Shown one piece after another: positions 36,540-45,910 of a stretch of DNA of 64,000 nucleotides (position 1 is the first letter of the stretch; the number at the start of each line of letters is the position of its first letter). The notes beneath the pieces are model-generated. The model was not told the DNA's origin. It saw nothing but the letters and a program-made list of their open reading frames with translations, and made no database searches. This DNA is from Candidatus Pacearchaeota archaeon. Lineage in GTDB: Archaea; Nanobdellota; Nanobdellia; Pacearchaeales; GW2011-AR1. Where the stretch lies: NCBI GenBank assembly GCA_040879785.1, contig JBBDJR010000004.1:14778-78777 (forward strand), read 5' to 3'. The position numbers and the translations under genes are program-made.

Positions 36540-37961
36540 TTAGTAAACTATTTTAGGACCATAACCCCAATGCTCAACTGCTTTTGCAAGAGGGGTTTCT
36601 GGATTTTCCTTTACAAATTTTCTTAATGAAATTCCTTCCTCATAAATTGTTCTGGCTTCTTCAATCGCGATGACTCCTGCTTCAACTCCGTTTGGATGTC
36701 CCAACAAACCTCCTCCACACTGGATTAAGATGTCGCTTCCCAACTCTTTTAATACGGCTTCAAAATCTCCGGGATGTAATCCTCCCGAGGCTGTCATCCA
36801 GACAGGTTTTATGTGATACCAGTTTTGACCTAAGCTCGGAATTTCTTTATGCGGTTTAAGATTTTTTTCCTGAAGAACTTGCTGAATATACTTTGCCTCA
36901 TTATAATCCTCCATCTTCGCAAGCGGCGAGCCTCCGTGAAGCGAATCAACACCGAGAAGTCTGAAAAGTTTAGCTATAAATATCATTGAGATTGAGAAAC
37001 CATAGAGTTTTCCTGTTCCGTGTATTCCTGGAGAATTATCTCTTGTTATAAACCCGTGCATTGCTCTATGGGCATGAATTGCCAATCCCAGGTTCTTTCT
37101 CCTTACTGTGTCAACTCCTGTAAACCCTGTCGTAATCACATCCATCATCATAAAAATCCCTCCGTTCTTTTTTATAAAATCAGCCCGGGAGAGCATCTCA
37201 TCAATATTTGAATGCGTTGTATTGCTCAAATAAAATTTCTTATGCCCTGTTTTCTTTTCTGCTTTCTTCAGCTCTTTAAGGACAAGTTTAGTTCTTTTTC
37301 TGAAATTGTTAAACGAGAGGTTTGTAAGATTTTCGTCGTCTTTTATTCCTTCATAGGTCCCTTTTCCCGAGTTAAACAAGACTTCTGCAAGGCTTGCCTG
37401 TTCTTTGTCCGTCCTTCCGATTTTTGGTTTTGGAACAGTTGCAACTAAACATCCTTTTGGTTTTTTGAGAAGTTTCCTCACTCCCTGAACACCAAACCTC
37501 GGTCCGGGAAAAGCCTTAATCATTTTTTTAGGAAATCTAACATCGTACATTCTCATGGCAGAAACCATCTTCATTCCTGCAATATTCCCAACAATCCCTG
37601 CAAGAAGTCCTGAGACATTGTCCATTTCAAACAACTCTAAAGGGTACGCAATTTTGAACATGTGTTTTTTATAATCAAGGTCGTAAGCGCGAGCCCTTAT
37701 CTTTCCTGCAAGAGGAATCCCCGAATCTTTTCCGTCGTAAACGTTAGTCCATGTTCCGGTAGAACTTTCTGCAGCCACGGTCGCAGCAGCATCTTCAAAT
37801 AACCTATCAATCTTTTTCTGCCCTTTCTTAAGATGAGCATATTTAGCCTCTTTCACAGCTTTCTTGTCCATCTCAACTTTCAAAAGAGTAATTATATAAT
37901 TCTCATCAGGATTCTTAGGTTTCCATCCCTTCGGCGCCAGATAATCTAATTGTACAGCCAT
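36540..37961 (-). CDS. rbcL: RuBisCO large subunit, form III-like (start MAVQL at 37961)
   Basis: AAESSTGTW, GNIAGMK, PKPKIG, KDDEN, HAHRAMH, SGGLHP, QCGGG..GHP. Confidence 0.93.
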   Translation of the reverse strand: MAVQLDYLAPKGWKPKNPDENYIITLLKVEMDKKAVKEAKYAHLKKGQKKIDRLFEDAAATVAAESSTGTWTNVYDGKDSGIPLAGKIRARAYDLDYKKHMFKIAYPLELFEMDNVSGLLAGIVGNIAGMKMVSAMRMYDVRFPKKMIKAFPGPRFGVQGVRKLLKKPKGCLVATVPKPKIGRTDKEQASLAEVLFNSGKGTYEGIKDDENLTNLSFNNFRKRTKLVLKELKKAEKKTGHKKFYLSNTTHSNIDEMLSRADFIKKNGGIFMMMDVITTGFTGVDTVRRKNLGLAIHAHRAMHGFITRDNSPGIHGTGKLYGFSISMIFIAKLFRLLGVDSLHGGSPLAKMEDYNEAKYIQQVLQEKNLKPHKEIPSLGQNWYHIKPVWMTASGGLHPGDFEAVLKELGSDILIQCGGGLLGHPNGVEAGVIAIEEARTIYEEGISLRKFVKENPETPLAKAVEHWGYGPKIVY

Positions 37962-38030
37962 GCGATTCCGCTCACTCCGTTCGTTGCATACGCTTCGCCC
38001 CAAACGTAATTAAATTTATTTCTTTTCATT

Positions 38031-39389
38031 TTACCTCTTTTTTATTCTAAAACCTTTTTCAGTATCTTCCAAAACAAAACCCTGCTTATAAATCTTATCT
38101 CTGATTTTGTCAGCTTCCTTAAATTTTTTATCTTTCCTCATCTTTTCTCTTTCCTCGGAAAGTTTTCTGATTTCTTCAGGAACTTCAACCCTCTTTTCTT
38201 TACCTAAATCCAATCCGAATATTTCGTCAAATTTTATTACAAGTTCGTACTTCTCAGAATCGTTAAGTTTGTCATCTCTTAAAATGTCCCACATATATGA
38301 GAGGGCGCGGGGTGTGTTAAAATCGTCATTGATGATATCCTGAAATTCTTTATAAGCTGACTCAATAGTTTTCTTTTTCTTGTCATCTTCTTTTTTTAGT
38401 TCTGACATAATGTTTTTGAGTCTGTTGTAAGCGTTTTTTGCTGCGTCAAGATTTCTTAGAGTGAAGTTCAACGGTTTTCGGTAATGTGCTGAAAGAAAAA
38501 AGTATCTTAAATGGTGCGGCCTGTAGCCCATTTCAAAAATTTCTCTTATTGTATAAAAGTTTTTCTTTGACTTCCCCATTTTTTCACTGTTTATTTCAAG
38601 AAATCCTGTGTGCATCCAATACCTTACTAACGGCTTCTTCCCAGATATAGATTCCATCTGGGCTATCTCTGCCTCATGGTGAGGGAATATTAAATCCATT
38701 CCTCCTCCATGGATATCATATTGCGGGCCGAATTCCTTTTCTGTTATAGCAGTATCTTCAATGTGCCACCCTGGTCTGCCGTCACCTAAATATTTTGATT
38801 CCCAAACAGGCTCTCCTTTCTTTGAAAATTTCCATAAACAAAAATCCCCTTTATTCTTTTTTTCCTTATTTTCATCTATTCTTGAGACGGCGTCTTCTGT
38901 CTGAGACTCTTTTCTTCTTGCTAGTTTTCCATAATCTTTGTCTTTGCTAAGGTCAAAGTACCATCCGTCGGAAGTCCTGTATGTATAGCCTTTTTCTATC
39001 AATCGTTTAACTTGGGAAATTATCCCCGAAACATAATCTGTTGCGCGAGCATATTTATCCACGGAAATTACATTAAGCTTTTTCATATCTTCAAGAAAAG
39101 ACTTTTCATATCTTCTTGCAAGATTCTTCCAATCAACGTTTTGATCTGTCGCCCTTCTGATTATTTTGTCATCTATATCAGTTATGTTTTGTAGGTAGAA
39201 AACTTCACTGTAGATTGTTTTCAAATAACGGATAATAAAATCAAATTGGACATAAGTTTTTGCATGTCCCAAATGAGAAAGGTCATAAACAGTCGGCCCA
39301 CAAACAAAGATATTTACTTTCTTATCTCTTAAAGGCTTGAAGATTTCTTTCTTTCTTGATAATGTGTTGTAGAGTTTAATCTTAGACAT
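38031..39389 (-). CDS. cysS: Cysteinyl-tRNA synthetase
   Basis: VCGPTVY, HLGH, GRPGWHIED, DLIFPHHE, KMGKS. Confidence 0.96.
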   Translation of the reverse strand: MSKIKLYNTLSRKKEIFKPLRDKKVNIFVCGPTVYDLSHLGHAKTYVQFDFIIRYLKTIYSEVFYLQNITDIDDKIIRRATDQNVDWKNLARRYEKSFLEDMKKLNVISVDKYARATDYVSGIISQVKRLIEKGYTYRTSDGWYFDLSKDKDYGKLARRKESQTEDAVSRIDENKEKKNKGDFCLWKFSKKGEPVWESKYLGDGRPGWHIEDTAITEKEFGPQYDIHGGGMDLIFPHHEAEIAQMESISGKKPLVRYWMHTGFLEINSEKMGKSKKNFYTIREIFEMGYRPHHLRYFFLSAHYRKPLNFTLRNLDAAKNAYNRLKNIMSELKKEDDKKKKTIESAYKEFQDIINDDFNTPRALSYMWDILRDDKLNDSEKYELVIKFDEIFGLDLGKEKRVEVPEEIRKLSEEREKMRKDKKFKEADKIRDKIYKQGFVLEDTEKGFRIKKR

Positions 39390-39423
39390 AAACTGATTAA
39401 GAAAAAGATGTTTAAAAAATAAT

Positions 39424-39990
39424 CTATCTTACTGTCACAACTAAATCAGCACTTGCATATCCTGGAACGTCATTTTTTAAAACTTCAACAACATACTGGA
39501 TATCACAGAGTGGAGCTGACTCTGGAATATTGAATGAAACAATACGATAGGGATCTACTATTCCCCCCTCTAGGAGTGTGACTGGACTGCCCTTATTAGA
39601 TCCCCCAAAAACGTAGCTCGTTGCTTCTTCTTTAGAAAGCCTCTCAGGACAGGAGGTGTCGGTTGCTTTAGTTTCGTAGGTAAATTCTGCCCTCTGACCG
39701 TCATTCCTTATGGACAAAGCAAATCCACTTCCTCTGCTACCCTGGTCTAACTCAATTCTTCTTGAATTAGGTTGTATAGCAATTTTAGCATTTTCTTCGC
39801 TGAAAAACTGCTGTATCTGATTTTGGATTTCGCCATCAATAGAATCAACTGCTTCAGTTCCGACCCCAAATATCTGCTGTATAAAGAAAATCCCAAGAAC
39901 AAGGACAACCATCGAAAGCACAATTGTAACTATGGTTCCTGTGCTCATTTCCATAGCTGCTTTTTTTGAGTTTAAGAAATTATTTTTCAT
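39424..39990 (-). CDS. Class III signal peptide (pilin-like) protein
   Basis: SKKA/AMEMSTGTIVTIVLSMVVLVLG. Confidence 0.75.
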   Translation of the reverse strand: MKNNFLNSKKAAMEMSTGTIVTIVLSMVVLVLGIFFIQQIFGVGTEAVDSIDGEIQNQIQQFFSEENAKIAIQPNSRRIELDQGSRGSGFALSIRNDGQRAEFTYETKATDTSCPERLSKEEATSYVFGGSNKGSPVTLLEGGIVDPYRIVSFNIPESAPLCDIQYVVEVLKNDVPGYASADLVVTVR

Positions 39991-39991
39991 C

Positions 39992-40240
39992 TTATTGCAC
40001 TGGTAGAAGGCCTGTTTCCCCTAGATATATTGATATCCAAATTAGATATATCATTAAGATTAAACTTAGAACAATTCCTGCGATGTTCATATTCTTCGCT
40101 TTTTTCACTTTATTTTTATTGCTTTGAACGAGACCGATAATTCCTAAAACAAGTCCTGACAACGGACTAAAAAATGCGAAGCCAACACTTAATATACCAA
40201 TAATATAACTAACGGACGCAAAGTCAATTTTTGTAACCAT
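39992..40240 (-). CDS. Small membrane protein (DUF4190-like)
   Basis: GLVLGIIGL...AGIVLS pattern. Confidence 0.65.
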   Translation of the reverse strand: MVTKIDFASVSYIIGILSVGFAFFSPLSGLVLGIIGLVQSNKNKVKKAKNMNIAGIVLSLILMIYLIWISIYLGETGLLPVQ

Positions 40241-40315
40241 TTATATTCCCCTTTTATAATCTGATTAGCAATCTTTGTTTTATAAATGTTTTTGATTTAT
40301 TTTAAAATCAGAAGA

Positions 40316-40387
40316 TGGGCAGAGAGGGAATCGAACCCTCGACGCCATGAGCTTCAGTCATGTGCTCTCCCACTGAGCTACCTGCCC
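40316..40387 (-). tRNA. tRNA-Phe(GAA), CCA not encoded
   Basis: Cloverleaf GGGCAGG/TCTGCCC acceptor, CATGA-CTGAAGC-TCATG anticodon arm, TTCGATT T-loop. Confidence 0.97.
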
Positions 40388-40426
40388 TTCCAAACAAAGA
40401 AAGATAAATCACTTTTAAATCTTTTA

Positions 40427-40894
40427 CTATTCCAATCCGACAGAGTCGCCTTCTTTAAAATTATAGAAATCAGACAAGCCAGAACTTATCTCCAGAGCAT
40501 ATTTTATTTTTTCTTCAGGATAAACAACGGGACAATTTCCTGCATTACATGGCTGTAAATTTTCTTCAATTCCAATTATCTCAAAATCAGAATCAATCCA
40601 CATTATGTCAATAGGAAAATCCATATCTTTCATCCAGAATCCTGACCTGGTCTCTTCTTCAAAAATGAAAAACATTCCTTCGTCTTCTCCAAGAGATTCA
40701 TGTTCACTCAAACCGATTCTCCTTTCTTCAGGAGTTTCTGCAATTTCAACACTGAAACATTTTTTATCCTCAACACAAACCATTGAAAATCCAGAATTAT
40801 TTCCTGAATCATTGACTACTAAAAAAATAACTATTGCCAGAATTAATATAAACGCAAAGATAGAGTATCTAACATAATTTTTTCTCATTATCAT
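40427..40894 (-). CDS. DUF192 family protein
   Basis: VEIAETPEERRIGL, GMFFIF, FWMKDMDFPIDI, YALEI. Confidence 0.9.
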   Translation of the reverse strand: MIMRKNYVRYSIFAFILILAIVIFLVVNDSGNNSGFSMVCVEDKKCFSVEIAETPEERRIGLSEHESLGEDEGMFFIFEEETRSGFWMKDMDFPIDIMWIDSDFEIIGIEENLQPCNAGNCPVVYPEEKIKYALEISSGLSDFYNFKEGDSVGLE

Positions 40895-40920
40895 AAAAGT
40901 AAATCATCCTTAAAAAAAGT

Positions 40921-41270
40921 TTGTAAGTCGGGAATAGGCCAGCTTCTGTCGTTCGTCGTTTCCCTGCCTTTTACGGCCGGCTTTTTCAGCCAGGACGAAC
41001 CGAACGCGTTAACATTCCACTAAGCACCCATTTGGGCTTGCACCGGTTGAGGCGGCCGTTTCATCAAATCTCTCACTTCGCAGTTCCCTTCAAGTTCATA
41101 ACTCAGTGAAAGCTGTGTCGTTTCTGTTCCGGAGCTTTCCTTCACAGGAATCCTTCTTTCAAAGGACAACCTTAATTTGGTGGCCGGACCTTCCTCAGGA
41201 CTTAGAATTCATTCAATAAATTCTCGCTCATTTAAGAGCAAAGTCCCGGAGTTAACTACCCGACTTACAA
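40921..41270 (-). ncRNA. rnpB: RNase P RNA
   Basis: P1 TTGTAAGTCGGG/CCCGACTTACAA, GAGGAAGGTCCGGCC (CR-I), ACAGAAA (CR-II), TGAAAC, GGTGCAAG, ACAGAAGCTGGCCTA (CR-V). Confidence 0.93.
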
Positions 41271-41380
41271 AAAATAATCGCTTTTTGACTTTAAAAGTCT
41301 TATTATTCTCTGAAAAGCCCCGAAGATAGATTTTTATACTCTAAAAGATATTAATTCATAATAAAATAAGGAGGTGTAAA

Positions 41381-41566
41381 ATGTCTTGGCAGGTTAAAAC
41401 AGCTTTAGTCTTAGCAAATATCGGTGCTATCAACTGGGGTCTTCAGGAACTCGGATGGAATGCAGTAGATTCTTTGCTTAGCTTTGTGAACTGGTTACCA
41501 ATGGTAGTCTACTATATTGTAGCTCTTTGTGGTCTCTACGGTTTATACAGATTATTCTCTGAATAA
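41381..41566 (+). CDS. DUF378 membrane protein
   Basis: IGAINWGL...VYYIVALCGLY; SD AGGAGGTG. Confidence 0.85.
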   Translation: MSWQVKTALVLANIGAINWGLQELGWNAVDSLLSFVNWLPMVVYYIVALCGLYGLYRLFSE

Positions 41567-41714
41567 TTACACACTTATTTTATTTTTCGTAATTTTTGTT
41601 TATTATCCCTAGCTGTTGCTTTATACATCTACAGACTATAAAATTTGCACCACTAAATCCTCTTAAAATACAAGAAATAAACTAAATAAAAAATAAATTT
41701 AGATTCTAATCAAA

Positions 41715-42017
41715 TTAAAATCTTCTTTGTCCTCCGCCGGAATTTCTTCCACCATCTCTTCGTGGCGGCCTGTCTTCCATTGGTCTTGCTTCGTTAACTT
41801 TCAATGCTCTACCTTCAACTTCTTTCTCATTCATTTCTTTGATAGCTTTCTTAGCTCCTTCATCATCTGAAAAAGTCACGAAACCAAATCCCTTAGATCT
41901 GCCTGAAAACTTGTCTGAAATAACTGTTGCTTCTTCGATATCTCCATGTGAAGAGAATAGTTCTTTCAGCTTCTCAGAGTCAATACTAAAAGGCAAATTA
42001 CCTACATAAACTTTCAT
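41715..42017 (-). CDS. RRM RNA-binding protein (bacterial Rbp type)
   Basis: RNP2 VYVGNL, RNP1 KGFGFVTF, Gly/Arg tail. Confidence 0.95.
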   Translation of the reverse strand: MKVYVGNLPFSIDSEKLKELFSSHGDIEEATVISDKFSGRSKGFGFVTFSDDEGAKKAIKEMNEKEVEGRALKVNEARPMEDRPPRRDGGRNSGGGQRRF

Positions 42018-42188
42018 TATCTTCTTTCCTCCTTACACTTATATTACTGTCAGAATTAGCCGAACAAATTTTATTAACCATTCTAAAAGCTAAATAGAGA
42101 AATGGGAGGGGTTTTTAAATATTTGGATTCACCTAATTTGGATAGTTTATAAAAAAGCTTAAATAATGTTTTTCCTTCTTCAGTTAAA

Positions 42189-42806
42189 ATGGTGATGGAA
42201 TTGTTAGCTTATCTTTTTGTGAGTATTGCAGCCGTCTTTGTTATTGTTAATCCTCTGACAACTGCATTTATTTTTTCTTCATTAGTCAAAAATGCGTCAG
42301 ATAAAGAGAAAAGAACTATTGCAAGAAAAGCAACCCTCACATCAACAATAATCCTAATAACATTTGCTCTTCTTGGAGGCGTTATTTTCATGCTTTTTGG
42401 GATAACTCTCGCTGCGTTTAAAATTGCTGGAGGAATCATCTTGTTTGGAATTGGTATGAGTATGCTTAAGGAAAGTGATGAAAAAATGAAACTCAAGGAC
42501 GGAAAAGTTTCAGAAGGAATTGCAGTAGTCCCTTTAGCAATCCCTTTTATTAGCGGCCCGGGCTCAATTGCACTGGTTATGATTTTAACGAGCGAGGCAC
42601 CCTCACCAATTCATGTGCTTGTAGTTTTTGCGGCCGTTTTAATCACGACTATTGCCTGCTATTATTCGATGGTTTATTCTAAATATATCATCAACTATCT
42701 TGGAGAAACCGGAAAACAGATAGTGTCTAAACTTTTCGGTCTTATACTTGCGGTTATCGCGGTCCAGTTCGTGATTAACGGAATTCTTGATAGCGGATTG
42801 ATTTAA
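42189..42806 (+). CDS. MarC family membrane protein
   Basis: IVNPL, IAGGIILF, VPLAIPFISGPG, GLILAVIAVQF. Confidence 0.93.
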   Translation: MVMELLAYLFVSIAAVFVIVNPLTTAFIFSSLVKNASDKEKRTIARKATLTSTIILITFALLGGVIFMLFGITLAAFKIAGGIILFGIGMSMLKESDEKMKLKDGKVSEGIAVVPLAIPFISGPGSIALVMILTSEAPSPIHVLVVFAAVLITTIACYYSMVYSKYIINYLGETGKQIVSKLFGLILAVIAVQFVINGILDSGLI

Positions 42807-42810
42807 TAAA

Positions 42811-43818
42811 ATGCGAAAGAAAATAATATCTGCAGTGTCGCTTTTTGTCGGATTGGTTATTTTTGGTTTTATCTTATGGAAATTTGGATTAGATTCTTTT
42901 GAGGAGATTGTCAAAAATGCAAATCCTATTTATTTGTTGCCTTTTGTCGCGTTTGCACTGGTTTCTGTTTCTTTACAGGCGTTTAAGTTAAGACTAATCA
43001 CAAAAGCTCACGGATATAAAATGTCCTTTCTTAAATCATTGAGATATGTTCTTGTAGGTTCTGCCGTCGCTAACTCAACTCCCTCAGCAAAAGTTGGTGG
43101 AGAGCCCGTTAAAGCATATATGATGAAAAAAGAGGAAGGAATTCCGTTAAAAAGCGGAGGATCTTCGGTGATTATAGAAAAGTTTGTTGAGCTTGTTGGC
43201 GTGGGTCTTATGGCGATATTAACTTTCATCCTTGTTTTCTTTGTTCCTAAAATATCATTTAGTCTTAAGGTATCACTTCTAGTGGCGATATTTTTCTTCT
43301 TCGCAATTATCTTCTTAATCTATTCTAGTACAGTTAGAGGCAAAGGCCCGTTTTTTAGCTTGTTTAATTTGTTTGGATTTTACAAATTTAAGAAATTCAA
43401 ACGGTCAAAGAGATTCCTTAAGAATGTCGATAGAAACATGAAAATATTTTTTAAACTTCATAAACCGAGATTCTGGCTGGCCCTGATTATTTATTTTGGA
43501 TTTTTGGCATCCCAAATTATAGAGTATAAATTTATCCTTCTTTCCCTTGGCGTGGACGCGTCTTTTTTTGAACTTCTTTTAGCCTTGGTTGTTTTTTGGA
43601 TAGCCGGAATGATTCCTGTTCCGGGAGGAATCGGTTTCCAGGAGGCAGGACATTCGGGACTTTTCTCTTTGCTTAGAGGATCCGCAGGTCTGGGTCTGGT
43701 GTTCAGCTTGATAATAAGATTCCGATACCTAATAATCATAGGAATAGGGTTCACAATCCTATCCCATTTCGGTGGAAAAGAGATACTAAAGAAGTTTGAG
43801 AACAATAACAATTCTTAG
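42811..43818 (+). CDS. Lysylphosphatidylglycerol synthase TM / flippase-like protein (UPF0104)
   Basis: TPSAKVGGEPVK, PGGIGFQE; multi-TM. Confidence 0.88.
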   Translation: MRKKIISAVSLFVGLVIFGFILWKFGLDSFEEIVKNANPIYLLPFVAFALVSVSLQAFKLRLITKAHGYKMSFLKSLRYVLVGSAVANSTPSAKVGGEPVKAYMMKKEEGIPLKSGGSSVIIEKFVELVGVGLMAILTFILVFFVPKISFSLKVSLLVAIFFFFAIIFLIYSSTVRGKGPFFSLFNLFGFYKFKKFKRSKRFLKNVDRNMKIFFKLHKPRFWLALIIYFGFLASQIIEYKFILLSLGVDASFFELLLALVVFWIAGMIPVPGGIGFQEAGHSGLFSLLRGSAGLGLVFSLIIRFRYLIIIGIGFTILSHFGGKEILKKFENNNNS

Positions 43819-43825
43819 TCGGAAT

Positions 43826-44257
43826 TTACGATACTCTATCCTTAAATAAAATGTAATATATTTCCCACGATAAAAAAAGTCTTTTCAGGTCTTCACTTTC
43901 TTTTATCGTTTCCAAATTATTTGAATAGTACTTTACATTTCTTTTTAAAATCTCATTCGGAACTTCTTCTGGGCCGAGATATTTTCTAACTTCTTTTGGA
44001 TTAAAATCAGTCTTAAGAGTTTTTCTTTTGTTTAAAGAAATTTTCTTCACAAACATTGTATCTCTATAAAAAGTTAAAGGAGAATCAGGGCCTCTGCCTA
44101 TAGCTTCTCTGGAGCGTTTGTTGATTATATCCTGAGTGTATTTGTCTGCCTTGATTTTAAGCATTTCAAGTGCAACCTCTTCCGGCAACGAACGCTCAAA
44201 ATTAGGGTCTGTTTTTGGAAGTTCAATAAGTTTTCTCAATAATCTGTCGGTCAACAT
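43826..44257 (-). CDS. Hypothetical protein
   Basis: 143-aa ORF downstream of recQ. Confidence 0.55.
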   Translation of the reverse strand: MLTDRLLRKLIELPKTDPNFERSLPEEVALEMLKIKADKYTQDIINKRSREAIGRGPDSPLTFYRDTMFVKKISLNKRKTLKTDFNPKEVRKYLGPEEVPNEILKRNVKYYSNNLETIKESEDLKRLFLSWEIYYILFKDRVS

Positions 44258-44280
44258 AATCTTAATTATTTTAAGAGTTT

Positions 44281-45795
44281 TTAAGAATTGCTGGCTTTGA
44301 TTTCTCCTAGATAATTTCTAATTTCTTTTAGGAACAAGCCCCCAAAATCTTCCAACTTCTGTTGTCCGACTCCTTTTATTTCGAGGAATTCCTCGCTGTT
44401 TTTAGGGAGGCAGAAGGCCATTTCCTGCAGGGAGACATCACTAAAAATAATGTAAGGCGGGACTTTTCTTTCGTCTGCGATTTTTCTTCTGAGTATTTTC
44501 AATTTTATGAAAAGTTTTTTGTCGTAGTCCAGCCCGCTTTCATTTTCCCAGGAGGTTAAATCTTTGTTGCCTTTTCCTGAAGAAACCGCTTCTTTTCCAA
44601 AGTCTTCATGAGTGCCGAGACAGACGTCGCATTTGTTGCACTTTTCCTCTTTGTATTCTTCTCCAAAATGCCTTAAGATGTGTCTTCTTCTGCATAAACG
44701 AGTCTCACAATACCTTATCACCTTGTTTAGCTTTTCCTTTTCTTTTGCTTTTGAATCCTCATCTTCAAGCTGGTCTATGAAGAACTCGTGTTTCCTTTTG
44801 TCTCCGTATGAATAAAACATGATGCAGTCGCTCGGCAATCCGTCTCTTCCCGCTCTTCCTATTTCCTGATAGTATCCTTCAAGTGTTTTTGGGAATGTGT
44901 GGTGAATTATTAAACGGACGTCGGGTTTGTCGATTCCCATACCGAACGCGATTGTCGCCACAATTATTTCTACCTTGTCTTTAATAAACAACTCCTGATT
45001 GTGTTTTCTTATTTTATTGTCAAGTCCCGCGTGATACGGCAAAGAGTTAAGCCCGTTTTCATTAAGTTTTCTCGAGAGATTTTCAACCTCTTTACGTGAA
45101 TGACAATAAATTATTACAGAATCGTTTTCTCTTCCTTTAAGAAGCTCCATGATTTTATCAAAACTTTTTTTCTTTTTTGTGACTGAAAGATTTAGGTTTT
45201 TTCTGTCGAAACTCGAGATAAACATTTCCGGTTCTTTGAGTGAGAGTTCTTTTATTATGTCTCCTCTTACTTTCTCCGTCGCTGTTGCAGTAAGTGAAAT
45301 CATTGGAGTTTCAGGAAAAAATTCTCTGAGTGATTTTAGCTTTCTGTAGCTTGGTCTGAAGTCGTGCCCCCACTCCGAAATGCAATGCGCCTCGTCGACA
45401 GCAATAAGGCTAACTTCCGCTATTCGTATGAGTCTCATAAAACTTTCGGATTCTATTCTTTCAGGAGCTATGTAAAGCAACTTTATTTCCCCGTTCATTA
45501 TCCCGAGTTCAATCCTAAGAGCTTCTCTGGAATCAAGAGTAGAGTTAATATATTCTGCAGGAATTCCGTTTGCCTTTAGCCCATCAACTTGGTCTTTCAT
45601 TAAAGAAATTAGGGGAGAAACAACTATTGTCAGCCCGTCGAGTTTCAATGCAGGAATCTGATAGCAAAGTGATTTCCCGCCGCCCGTCGGCATAATCGCA
45701 ACGACATCCTTCCCTCCAAGAACTTTTTCAATAACCTGTCGCTGCATCGGCCGGAACTCATCATATCCAAAATACCTCTTTAATATCTCTTCCAT
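44281..45795 (-). CDS. recQ: RecQ helicase with HRDC domain
   Basis: MPTGGGKSLCYQ, DEAHCISEWGHDFR, QEIGRAGRDG, Zn-binding CRR...CNKCDVC, HRDC VPPYIIFSD. Confidence 0.96.
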   Translation of the reverse strand: MEEILKRYFGYDEFRPMQRQVIEKVLGGKDVVAIMPTGGGKSLCYQIPALKLDGLTIVVSPLISLMKDQVDGLKANGIPAEYINSTLDSREALRIELGIMNGEIKLLYIAPERIESESFMRLIRIAEVSLIAVDEAHCISEWGHDFRPSYRKLKSLREFFPETPMISLTATATEKVRGDIIKELSLKEPEMFISSFDRKNLNLSVTKKKKSFDKIMELLKGRENDSVIIYCHSRKEVENLSRKLNENGLNSLPYHAGLDNKIRKHNQELFIKDKVEIIVATIAFGMGIDKPDVRLIIHHTFPKTLEGYYQEIGRAGRDGLPSDCIMFYSYGDKRKHEFFIDQLEDEDSKAKEKEKLNKVIRYCETRLCRRRHILRHFGEEYKEEKCNKCDVCLGTHEDFGKEAVSSGKGNKDLTSWENESGLDYDKKLFIKLKILRRKIADERKVPPYIIFSDVSLQEMAFCLPKNSEEFLEIKGVGQQKLEDFGGLFLKEIRNYLGEIKASNS

Positions 45796-45910
45796 GAAAA
45801 AGAAAAATTTAAAGGAGTTTTTAAGGTTTTTAGTTTGTTTGTGATGGAAAAGGTTAAAAGTTAGTGTTTTCTAAGAGCGTTATGAGAGATAATGTGATGG
45901 AGGTTAGAGG

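Noticed and set aside
37962..38003. 14-aa N-terminal extension of RuBisCO in the ORF track
   Set aside because: TTG start in a GC-rich element; ATG at 37961 has an SD-like sequence and is more plausible
40286..40558. 90-aa plus-strand ORF
   Set aside because: Antisense to tRNA-Phe and the DUF192 gene
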